32,000 bases of DNA from Candidatus Methylomirabilota bacterium. Lineage in GTDB: Bacteria; Methylomirabilota; Methylomirabilia; Methylomirabilales; Methylomirabilaceae. Position numbers and translations under genes: made by a program. The DNA lies in assembly GCA_003104975.1 (NCBI GenBank), contig PQAM01000019.1, positions 1 to 32,000 on the forward strand, in the 5' to 3' direction. The number at the start of each line of letters is the position of its first letter. Position 1 is the first letter of the stretch. Of this stretch, positions 1 through 7,378 are shown one piece after another. The notes under the pieces are model-generated. The model was given only the letters and a program-made list of their open reading frames with translations, was not told where the DNA came from and searched no databases.

Positions 1-167
1 AGACAGGTGTCGTGGGACAGATGGTGCATATCCGGTCGTACTAGTTCACATTAATTAAAAATTCATCAGAAATTATTCAACGATTTTCCCATGCCCCTTC
101 TAAGCCGTTGGTCGAACCCCTTGATTTCACGCATTGGAGCAGAATGACGGCAGATTTGAACTTCGTT

Positions 168-183
168 TGGCATCATCCTTGCC
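168..183 (+). promoter_or_regulatory. candidate sigma-54 (-24/-12) promoter element upstream of pmoC
   Basis: TGGCAT-N5-TTGC (GG 169-170, GC 181-182) has the exact GG-to-GC spacing of the TGGCAC-N5-TTGC consensus. It lies ~300 nt upstream of the pmoC ATG. Motif match only. Confidence 0.25.
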
Positions 184-261
184 TTTTGCAACCATAGTTA
201 GTTGAGCGATTCAGGGGTGAACAGGTCGAGGATGGAACCGAGTTCGGAAGGTAAAAAGGAC

Positions 262-291
262 TTGACAGGTGTTTCGAACGCGACATATGCT
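262..291 (+). promoter_or_regulatory. candidate sigma-70 promoter upstream of pmoC
   Basis: TTGACA (262-267), 18-nt spacer, TATGCT (286-291). The -10 is bracketed by the inverted repeat GCGACA (280-285) / TGTCGC (294-299). Motif match only. Confidence 0.3.
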
Positions 292-480
292 AGTGTCGCT
301 AGAACAGGGTTTCCAAAAAGCGATTTTCCCGGAGCCACAACAACCTTCAACTCAAACCCGTTCCCACAGTGGTGGCAAAGGAGGTGAGAGCCGGCGTCAA
401 AAGAGGGACAGAGGATTTGTCATCCCAGAGTAGTACATCTACGCATTTAAAATGATCAGAGTGTAAGGAGGAAGAATCGA

Positions 481-1302
481 ATGGCACAATACAGGACGGA
501 AGCCGTACCAGCTAAGCGTGCTGAGACGGCCGAACAGATGTTTGGCTGGGGCATCTTCTGGAAGTGCATGATCGCGATCAGCCTGTTCTACATCTGCATT
601 CGGATTTACCAGCAGTACTTCTCATGGTCGAAGGGTCTCGACTTCTTCTCTGAAGACTTCCGGATCTACTGGTGGAACATGCTCATCGGTGAGCTGATCA
701 TCGAAGGCGCGGTGCTGACCTTCACCTTGGGCTACATCTGGAAGACCCGCGACCGGAACTTGGACAAGATTACACCGGAAGAGGAGTTGAGGCGGTTCTG
801 GGGTCTCGGACAGTGGATTGTCACGTTCGCGTGGGCCGTCTATTGGGGCGCCAGCTTCTTCACCGAGCAGGACGGGACCTGGCACCAGACCGTGATCCGC
901 GATACCGACTTCACGCCGAGTCACATCATCGAGTTCTACCTGAGCTACCCCATTTATATCATCATCGGGATCAATGCGTACATGTGGGCCAGGACCCGAA
1001 TTCCGCTGTTTGCGGCCGGGCACTCCCTGCCGTTCATGCTGACGGTCGGCGGCCCTGCGATGATCTTCGTCAATGTGGCGTTGAACGAGTGGGGCCACAC
1101 CTTCTGGATCATGGAGGAGCTGTTTGTGGCGCCGCTGCACTGGGGTTTCGTGACGCTCGGTTGGTGTCTGTTCGGGGTGTATGGAGTCGCAGCGGCCATG
1201 TGCCCGCGAATCCATGAGCTGATCAAGATCACCAGCGACGGCAAGGCGGCCCAGTGGGCTCCCAATGTCGGCAAGTTGCCGGTCCAGGTTGATAAGTGGT
1301 AA
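481..1302 (+). CDS. pmoC: particulate methane monooxygenase subunit C (PmoC/AmoC family)
   Basis: 273-aa polytopic membrane ORF with AAGGAGG RBS at 465-471. Recognisable PmoC/AmoC sequence including the metal-site stretch EQDGTWHQTVIRDTDFTPSHIIEFY (D-x3-H ... H). First gene of the canonical C-A-B order. Confidence 0.95.
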   Translation: MAQYRTEAVPAKRAETAEQMFGWGIFWKCMIAISLFYICIRIYQQYFSWSKGLDFFSEDFRIYWWNMLIGELIIEGAVLTFTLGYIWKTRDRNLDKITPEEELRRFWGLGQWIVTFAWAVYWGASFFTEQDGTWHQTVIRDTDFTPSHIIEFYLSYPIYIIIGINAYMWARTRIPLFAAGHSLPFMLTVGGPAMIFVNVALNEWGHTFWIMEELFVAPLHWGFVTLGWCLFGVYGVAAAMCPRIHELIKITSDGKAAQWAPNVGKLPVQVDKW

Positions 1303-1332
1303 ACACACTTGAAATCCTCGTAGCCAAATAGT

Positions 1333-1359
1333 GGAGGGGGTGGGGATCCGCCCCCCTCC
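1333..1359 (+). other. GC-rich stem-loop in the pmoC-pmoA spacer
   Basis: GGAGGGGG (1333-1340) pairs with CCCCCTCC (1352-1359). It sits between the pmoC stop and the pmoA RBS. No U-tract, so it is more likely an mRNA stability or processing element than a terminator. Confidence 0.35.
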
Positions 1360-1380
1360 CTTCTCGGAGGGGAAGAGCCT

Positions 1381-2112
1381 ATGGCGCTCTTATCAGTACA
1401 GCAAGCTGCAAGCCTGGAGCGAAAGTTTGATATCATCATCCTCGTAGCCGCCTTTACCGGTACGGTGGCCGGCTATCATATTCACCAGATGCTGACCGTC
1501 GGCGACTGGGACTTCTGGTTGGACTGGAAGGATCGACGCTGGTGGGTCACGTTGACACCGATCCTGTTGATCACCTTCCCCGCGGCGTCGCAATATTTCA
1601 TGTGGGAGAAGATGCGTCTGCCGATCGGTGCGACCTTCTGCATTATGACGCTTCACTTCGGTCAATGGATGAATCGGGTCTTCAACTTCTACTACTGGGC
1701 CTGGTTCCCGGTCAACTTCACCACCCCGGGCCTGATGATCCCCAGCGCGATCTTCCTGGACGTCATGCTGATGATGACCGGGAGCTACATGTTTACCGCG
1801 CTGTTCGGCGGGATGGGGTGGTCGCTGCTGTTCTACCCTGCGAACTGGACCTGGCTGGCGCCGTTCCACCTGGCGGTGAAGCATCCCAGCGGGCCGCTTA
1901 TGTCGATCGCCGATCTGATGGGGATGGAGTATGTGCGCTCCGCGACGCCTGAGTACATTCGGATCGTCGAGCGCGGGACGCTGCGCACCTTCGGACGTGA
2001 CGTCACACCGGTCTCGTCGTTCTTTGCCGGGTTCATCAGCGGGTTAGTTTACGTCTGGTGGATGTTTATGGGGAAGTGGATAAGCAAGCCGACATGGCTC
2101 GCGCGGACCTAG
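1381..2112 (+). CDS. pmoA: particulate methane monooxygenase subunit A (PmoA/AmoA family)
   Basis: 243-aa membrane ORF with strong family resemblance (WDFWLDWKDRRWW, YPANWTWLAPFH, MSIADLMGMEYVRSATPEYIRIVERGTLRTFGRDV). GGAGGGG RBS upstream. Confidence 0.95.
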   Translation: MALLSVQQAASLERKFDIIILVAAFTGTVAGYHIHQMLTVGDWDFWLDWKDRRWWVTLTPILLITFPAASQYFMWEKMRLPIGATFCIMTLHFGQWMNRVFNFYYWAWFPVNFTTPGLMIPSAIFLDVMLMMTGSYMFTALFGGMGWSLLFYPANWTWLAPFHLAVKHPSGPLMSIADLMGMEYVRSATPEYIRIVERGTLRTFGRDVTPVSSFFAGFISGLVYVWWMFMGKWISKPTWLART

Positions 2113-2168
2113 CTGTTTGCGGATCAGTTGACCCTGACCCTTACCCTGAGTGAGGTAGGAGGATAACA

Positions 2169-3440
2169 ATGAGGATAGGACGAGCGGCGTTGTCGGCGAT
2201 CTTACTTGGAGTGATCGCTGTGTCCGCGGGGGGGACGGCGTGGGCCCATGGCGAACGATCACAGGAGCCCTTCCTCCGGATGCGTACGATAACGTTTTAT
2301 GACACCAAGTGGTCGAAGGCCCGGGTACAGCCGGGCGAGACGATGGACCTCACGGGCAAGTTCCATACCTTCAGTGAATGGCCGCGGGCGGTCTATCTCC
2401 CCGAGTCGATCTTTTTGCACTACTCTGTGCCGGGGCCCTCAATGCTGAAGAAAGAGGCATGGATGAACGGCATGCCTGTCATCAACTCCACCAGCACGAA
2501 GCTTGGCGGTGACTACGATTATAAGCTAGCAATTATGGGGCGGGTCACCGGCACCTATCACGTTCACCCGATGGTGAATATCGAGGGTGGCGGCCCCTTG
2601 GTCGGTGGCGGCGAATTTGTCACCGTTGACGGCGACTGGAGTAATTTTACCAACAACGTGACCACCATCGATGGCCAGACGATCGATATGGAAACCCATG
2701 GCCAGGGCCGGATCATCGGCTGGTGGGTGTTGTGGACCATCATCGGGGTCTTCTGGCTGGGTTATTGGGTGGTACGGCCGTTTACGCGGCGCATCTTTAT
2801 GGTTGGGACTGTGCCTGAGGAGGAACTGGTCAGCCCCGGCGACCGCACGGTTGGACTTGTGCTGATGATTGCCACCGTCCTGATCGTGGCCATCGGCTAT
2901 GTGACCACTAACGGCGCCTACCCGATTACGATTCCGTTGCAGACCGGTCGGATGGATGCGCCTGAACTGAGGCCTACGACCGAGTTTACGCCGTATGCCC
3001 ATGCCACTGTGAGGGTCCGACCTGTCACTGCGGTTTATACGGTGCCCGGGCGCTCTCTTGGCATGGTCCTGGAGGTCACGAACGGTTCGAATAGGGCCCA
3101 GCAGTTAGGCGGGTTCATTACGGCTAATCTGCAGTTCCGCGAGCCGGCCCAGTTCCCCGACACGCGGCTCAAGATCAAGGTGGAGCCGGCAGGGCCCATC
3201 GCCCCTGGCCAGACCGCGACGGTTTCGGTTGATGCCACCGATGCGGAGTGGGAATACCAGCGGTTGGCCGAGTTGATCTATGACTCAGACAGCCGGTATG
3301 GTGGACTGCTGGAGTTCTTCGACGCCGACAAGAACCGGCAAATTGTCGAGGTTGGTGGCCCTGTGATCCCGTCCTTTGAGGGTGGCGCCACCGCGCTGAC
3401 TGGCGGTGGTCAGTGGCGACCCACGACCCAGTACAAATAG
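2169..3440 (+). CDS. pmoB: particulate methane monooxygenase subunit B (PmoB/AmoB family)
   Basis: AGGAGG RBS. Signal peptide ...GGTAWA|HGERSQEPFLRMRT gives a mature N-terminal His. H-x-H motif YHVHPMVN. Two central TM helices (IIGWWVLWTIIGVFWLGYWVV; VGLVLMIATVLIVAIGYV). Soluble C-terminal domain. Confidence 0.95.
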   Translation: MRIGRAALSAILLGVIAVSAGGTAWAHGERSQEPFLRMRTITFYDTKWSKARVQPGETMDLTGKFHTFSEWPRAVYLPESIFLHYSVPGPSMLKKEAWMNGMPVINSTSTKLGGDYDYKLAIMGRVTGTYHVHPMVNIEGGGPLVGGGEFVTVDGDWSNFTNNVTTIDGQTIDMETHGQGRIIGWWVLWTIIGVFWLGYWVVRPFTRRIFMVGTVPEEELVSPGDRTVGLVLMIATVLIVAIGYVTTNGAYPITIPLQTGRMDAPELRPTTEFTPYAHATVRVRPVTAVYTVPGRSLGMVLEVTNGSNRAQQLGGFITANLQFREPAQFPDTRLKIKVEPAGPIAPGQTATVSVDATDAEWEYQRLAELIYDSDSRYGGLLEFFDADKNRQIVEVGGPVIPSFEGGATALTGGGQWRPTTQYK

Positions 3441-3457
3441 GAAGGAGAGATGCGATT

Positions 3458-3541
3458 ATGGAATTTGCCGCTCAAGGGATGAATATCGCGCTGTTGCTTA
3501 TGTTGTTGTTTGTCGTTCTTACGTTGGTGAATCAGGCGTAA
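3458..3541 (+). CDS. unannotated 27-codon hydrophobic mini-ORF (single predicted TM helix), candidate small pMMO-associated peptide
   Basis: ATG at 3458 is preceded by GGAAGGAGAGA (3440-3450). Translation by hand: MEFAAQGMNIALLLMLLFVVLTLVNQA, stop TAA 3539-3541. It starts 18 nt after the pmoB stop and lies upstream of the 3559-3610 hairpin. Below the ORF-track length cutoff. Confidence 0.4.
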   Translation: MEFAAQGMNIALLLMLLFVVLTLVNQA

Positions 3542-3558
3542 CTGAGGTTATTGGCTGT

Positions 3559-3610
3559 GAGGGCCTCGCCCCGGGAGATTCGAATACGAGATTTCCGGGG
3601 CGAGGCCCTC
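3559..3610 (+). terminator. perfect 16-bp GC-rich hairpin after pmoB and the mini-ORF (partial terminator or processing site)
   Basis: GAGGGCCTCGCCCCGG (3559-3574) pairs with CCGGGGCGAGGCCCTC (3595-3610) around a 20-nt loop. No U-tract follows, so attenuation or RNA stabilisation is as likely as termination. Confidence 0.45.
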
Positions 3611-3692
3611 AGGCCCGCGTTGATCCTCCATACCAGATGCCGAGAGATCGAGTGGTTCGACCCGTAGAGGATCCCAGAAGTAGGCAGGTAGA

Positions 3693-4469
3693 ATGATGAA
3701 GTATGTGGTTGCGATTGCGTCAGTCGTTCTGTTGGCGGCGTCCGGGACGTCGCAGGTGTGGGCCCATGGTGGGGGCGGCATGGGTGGCATTACCGAGAAT
3801 GATATCTGCTCCATGGAGCGGGGACAGTATTTCATCCACTTCAGCGCCTATCAACATGCCGCTGCCGGAAATGTTGCCCAGCTTGCGGTCCTCAAAGATC
3901 TCAAGGAGGCAGATCTCAGGCGATACGTGGATGCGATGAAGGAGGAGTTTCGATCCTATTGCCGGGACATACCAAAAACCGGCAAGGCGACGCTGACCTT
4001 TGATCTGATCAGCGATGCGCTTCGCAAGATTCCCGTAGCTGTCCGCGTCGTTGAGGCCTCGGAGCGTGGCAATGCGGAAACTGTCCTCTATATCCCCCAA
4101 CAGGTGTATCCGTCCGGGGTCGTCAAGGCCGAAACCGACTTTACGCATGCAGGCAAATATAAGGCGGTCGTCGAGGTTGAGGAGCAGCATCCGGGGCAAT
4201 CGCCAATCGGCCATGGCGCCGACGCCGCTGACCATCAGCACGACAGTACAGTCATGGTCGGTGTCAAGCATGCCAGTTCAGCCGAGGAGGAGGTGTACCA
4301 CGCCCACGATTCGACCTTCAGTTTCCCCTTTACGGTCGGGTTGAAGACGCCGCGGTCCGGCGGTCGCGGTTCCTCGATGTTCAGCAATCCAAGCATTCTG
4401 GTTACGGCCATTGCCGGCGTGGCGATCGGGGCCGTGCTGTACGTCAGGCAGAAGAAGAAGGCGGCCTGA
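3693..4469 (+). CDS. hypothetical periplasmic His/Met-rich protein with C-terminal membrane anchor (possible copper-handling protein; PmoD-like architecture only)
   Basis: Signal peptide ...GTSQVWA|HGGGGMGG predicts a mature N-terminal His. His clusters GHGADAADHQHDS and VYHAHDS. C-terminal TM plus basic tail ILVTAIAGVAIGAVLYVRQKKKAA. Same strand as pmoCAB and followed by an intrinsic terminator. Confidence 0.7.
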   Translation: MMKYVVAIASVVLLAASGTSQVWAHGGGGMGGITENDICSMERGQYFIHFSAYQHAAAGNVAQLAVLKDLKEADLRRYVDAMKEEFRSYCRDIPKTGKATLTFDLISDALRKIPVAVRVVEASERGNAETVLYIPQQVYPSGVVKAETDFTHAGKYKAVVEVEEQHPGQSPIGHGADAADHQHDSTVMVGVKHASSAEEEVYHAHDSTFSFPFTVGLKTPRSGGRGSSMFSNPSILVTAIAGVAIGAVLYVRQKKKAA

Positions 4470-4499
4470 AGCCCGCCAACAAACTGCCGAAAAAAGTAA

Positions 4500-4534
4500 C
4501 CCTCTCACGACTATTGGCGCGAGAGGGTTTTTTT
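4500..4534. terminator. bidirectional intrinsic terminator between the pmo-linked gene and ftsH
   Basis: CCCTCTC(a)CG ... CG(c)GAGAGGG stem (4500-4527) followed by T7 (4528-4534). On the minus strand the same stem is followed by TTACTTTTTT. It lies between convergent genes ending at 4469 and 4572. Confidence 0.75.
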
Positions 4535-4571
4535 ATTCGTTCGACGACAGGGTGTCAGGATTCGCGTTAGG

Positions 4572-6515
4572 CTAAGCCGAAGGTGGCGGCGCCGGCGTCG
4601 ACGACGCGCTGGGTGCGACGGCCGCTTCGGTGGCGCTGACCTTGGCGGCTGTTCCAGCGGTGGCCGCCTCTGCAGCGGCTGCTCGTGACGGATCCAATGC
4701 TACCACCTTGCCCTCCATGACGTCGTCCAACTCCTCTGCGAAGAGGGTCTCGCGTTCGATCAGGGCCTTCGCCAGCCGCTGCAATTTCTCCCGATTGGTT
4801 TCGATCGTCTGGCGGGCGACCTGGTAGCACTCATCGATGATACGGCGTACCTCCTGGTCGATCTGGTACGCGATTTCTTCGCTGTAGTTCCGACTGTCGA
4901 TCATATCCCGTCCCAGAAACACCGGACCTCCCTGCCGCCCGAGCGTGACGGGGCCGAGCTTGTCGGACATGCCAAAATTGGTGACCATCCGTCGGACCAT
5001 ATTGGTGGCCTGTTCAAAGTCATTCGATGCGCCGGTGGTGACCTCCGCGAAGACGACGTCCTCAGCGACCCGCCCACCCATCGCCACACTCACCTCTGCC
5101 AACAGCTCTCCGCGAGTGCGGGTGTAGCGATCCTCCGGCGGCGCGCCCATGACATAGCCGAGCGCCATCCCGCGCGATACGATGGTGACCTTATGGGGCG
5201 GATCGGCCTTCGGCAGCAGCTTACGCAGGATGGCGTGGCCCGCCTCATGATAGGCCACCATCTCGCGTTCCTTCGGCGTCAGGGCGCGACTGCGGCGCAG
5301 CGGCCCGGCTATGACGCGTTCGGTGGCCTCGTCAAAATCAACCATCGAGACACGGTCCTTCCCGCGTCGGGCGGCCAGGAGCGCGCCCTCATTGACCACG
5401 GCGGCCAGATCCGCTCCCGAAAAGCCGGGGGTCTGTTTGGCAAGGGTGTCCACGTTGACGTCCGGCGCCAGCGGGATTTCGCGCAGATGGACCTGCAAGA
5501 TCGCCTTGCGACCCTTACTGTCCGGGTTGTCCACAATAATGCGACGGTCGAATCGACCCGGGCGCAGAAGGGCCGGATCCAGAATGTCAGGCCGGTTGGT
5601 GGCGGCAATGATGATGATGCCGATATTCGACTCAAAACCGTCCATGGCGACCAGCAGTTGGTTTAACGTCTGCTCGCGCTCATCGTTTCCGCCGCCAAGG
5701 CCGGCGCCACGATGACGGCCGACCGCGTCGATTTCGTCGATAAAGACCAGGCAGGGGGCGTTCTTCTTGGCCTGTTCAAACAGGTCGCGAACGCGGCTGG
5801 CGCCCACCCCGACGAAGACCTCGACGAACTCAGAGCCGGACAGTGAGAAGAATGGAACCCCCGCCTCTCCGGCTACGGCCTTGGCGAGGAGCGTCTTACC
5901 GCACCCCGGCGGTCCGACCAGCAGCAGCCCTTTGGGGATCTTGGCGTGCAGCGCCTGAAACTTCTGCGGGTGCTTCAAAAACTCGATAACCTCTTGCAGT
6001 TCCTCCTTAGGCTCTTCCTCTCCGGCGACATCCGCGAACGTCACCTTGGGTTTAGACGCGTCGTGCAGCTTCGCCTTCGACTTGCCGAAGGCCATCGGAC
6101 CGCCGCCTCCGCCCATTTGGGACCGACGGCTCATCATCACAAACAGGCCGATGATCAAAAGGAACGGCAGGAAGTTGAACAGCAGCCCCATCCAGATCGA
6201 ACCGCCCGAGGCGGGTTCGATGGCAAAGCGAACCCCCTTTTTCTTCAAAAGCTCCTGGAGGGCTCCCGTCGACTCCTTGCTGTAGACCGTCCTGAGGTGC
6301 TGTCCGGACGAGACGTGACCGTAAATGGTGTGGGTGTTTTCGTTGAAAATCACCGTTCCTGCGAGCTGTCCTGATTCCACCATATCCACGAAGTCGCTGA
6401 AAATGACCTGGGTCGAGGCCCTTTTCGGGCTCCAATAGAACGGCAGGAAAGCTATCGCTAGGACCACGAGGATCGCCGCGACCGCTCCCGCAATCTTGGC
6501 GTAACGCTTATTCAC
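4572..6515 (-). CDS. ftsH: ATP-dependent zinc metalloprotease FtsH
   Basis: Walker A GPPGCGKT, Walker B VFIDEIDA, zinc site HEAGHA, N-terminal TM helices. I place the start at GTG 6515 (AAGGAGG 8 nt upstream; N-terminus fMet-NKRYAK...). The ORF track extends to a TTG at 6563. Confidence 0.9.
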   Translation of the reverse strand: MNKRYAKIAGAVAAILVVLAIAFLPFYWSPKRASTQVIFSDFVDMVESGQLAGTVIFNENTHTIYGHVSSGQHLRTVYSKESTGALQELLKKKGVRFAIEPASGGSIWMGLLFNFLPFLLIIGLFVMMSRRSQMGGGGGPMAFGKSKAKLHDASKPKVTFADVAGEEEPKEELQEVIEFLKHPQKFQALHAKIPKGLLLVGPPGCGKTLLAKAVAGEAGVPFFSLSGSEFVEVFVGVGASRVRDLFEQAKKNAPCLVFIDEIDAVGRHRGAGLGGGNDEREQTLNQLLVAMDGFESNIGIIIIAATNRPDILDPALLRPGRFDRRIIVDNPDSKGRKAILQVHLREIPLAPDVNVDTLAKQTPGFSGADLAAVVNEGALLAARRGKDRVSMVDFDEATERVIAGPLRRSRALTPKEREMVAYHEAGHAILRKLLPKADPPHKVTIVSRGMALGYVMGAPPEDRYTRTRGELLAEVSVAMGGRVAEDVVFAEVTTGASNDFEQATNMVRRMVTNFGMSDKLGPVTLGRQGGPVFLGRDMIDSRNYSEEIAYQIDQEVRRIIDECYQVARQTIETNREKLQRLAKALIERETLFAEELDDVMEGKVVALDPSRAAAAEAATAGTAAKVSATEAAVAPSASSTPAPPPSA

Positions 6516-6713
6516 CGCAATGACCTCCTTGGTGCATCCCGACCTCCAGAAGCCAGGCGTCAACTATCCGGGACGTTATGAAAGAGGGATAACATCTCCT
6601 GAGCTTACTATGTTTCATCTGCTCCTCACTGTGCCGATCGAACTTGCGGTCGGCGTACTCTGATGCGTTCAATCCCTGCGCCACCTGTTACCGACGTTAG
6701 CATATATATTGCC

Positions 6714-6742
6714 AGAGTAAAGCAAGTCCCGAAGCTTGTCAA
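6714..6742 (-). promoter_or_regulatory. candidate sigma-70 promoter for ftsH
   Basis: On the minus strand: TTGACA (6742-6737), 17 nt, TACTCT (6719-6714). The -10 is weak. Motif match only. Confidence 0.2.
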
Positions 6743-6900
6743 GTCCAAGTTCTGCGCTAAAACCAGCAATTGATCACGCACCCAATTCATCTATCATCTT
6801 TCATTCTGTCATTGTGGGTTCTGAGGGGTACGCGGCAATCTCGCCGTCCGGTTCTCGTAACATTGGAAAACTCGAGGCGAAGAACGGTCGGAAGGAGGAA

Positions 6901-6922
6901 ACCGCAGCGGGGGTGCTGCGGT
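6901..6922 (-). terminator. 8-bp GC hairpin, possible weak terminator downstream of the GYD gene
   Basis: ACCGCAGC (6901-6908) / GCTGCGGT (6915-6922) with a 6-nt loop. On the minus strand it is followed by TTCCTCCTTCC, a poor U-tract. Confidence 0.25.
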
Positions 6923-7044
6923 CCGAACCGGAAAGGGACGAGCGGAGTATACGGCGTGGTGGGCGAATCGGAGTCTGCAGGTGGCCTACGGACTCTGGAC
7001 TCTACATCGCGCTGATCGGGTGACGTGGCGCGGGGGATGAACGG

Positions 7045-7296
7045 CTATATCTGACCGAACTCCTTCAGGGTAGACGCGACGACCAGGGTTTCGGATTCAA
7101 GCAGGTTCGATCCGGCCATATGCTTCATGACCTGATTGGCCGTCTTCAGATCCTTGGCCTCCCACTCAAATACGACATCGTATTGGCCATAGGTGACATA
7201 CGCCGATTTCATCCCTTCGTAGCAGGCGGCGGGAAGATCATTTGCCAGCTTGGACCATGCCCCGGGTCTCACCTTGGCCAGTGTGACGAACTTCAT
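7045..7296 (-). CDS. GYD domain-containing protein
   Basis: 83-aa ORF with AAAGGAGG RBS. The YVTYGQYDVVFEWEA motif and overall size fit the GYD family. Confidence 0.65.
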   Translation of the reverse strand: MKFVTLAKVRPGAWSKLANDLPAACYEGMKSAYVTYGQYDVVFEWEAKDLKTANQVMKHMAGSNLLESETLVVASTLKEFGQI

Positions 7297-7313
7297 GGCG
7301 TATCCTCCTTTTA

Positions 7314-7356
7314 ATAAAAACGCCGAAGGCTCCCCAAATAAGGGGAGCCTTCGGCG
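7314..7356 (-). terminator. intrinsic terminator after the porin gene
   Basis: 15-bp stem CGCCGAAGGCTCCCC (7321-7335) / GGGGAGCCTTCGGCG (7342-7356) with a 6-nt loop. On the minus strand it is followed by TTTTTATTAA. Confidence 0.75.
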
Positions 7357-7378
7357 GAAAATAGGTCTTACGCGAACA

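Noticed and set aside
202-387. 61-aa ORF in the pmoC leader
   Set aside because: It has no Shine-Dalgarno sequence and no recognisable composition, and it overlaps the candidate promoter at 262-291. More likely untranslated leader.
622-1439. Minus-strand ORFs 622..1308 (228 aa) and 954..1439 (161 aa), plus the plus-strand off-frame ORF 813..1217
   Set aside because: They lie entirely within or antisense to pmoC, have Arg/Pro/Gly-rich composition and no RBS. The PmoC frame is clearly the real one.
3645-3670. GGTTCGA-containing stretch resembling a tRNA T-arm
   Set aside because: There is no complementary T-stem, acceptor stem or anticodon arm around it. I saw no tRNA-like cloverleaf in any intergenic region.
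6736-7023. 95-aa and 81-aa plus-strand ORFs, and a possible SRP-RNA-like GGTCGGAAGGAGGAAACCGCAGC segment (about 6884-6935)
   Set aside because: The ORFs lack an RBS and any family resemblance. The resemblance to the SRP domain IV GGAA-tetraloop region is superficial, and the flanking helices do not pair as required. A covariance-model scan would be needed.
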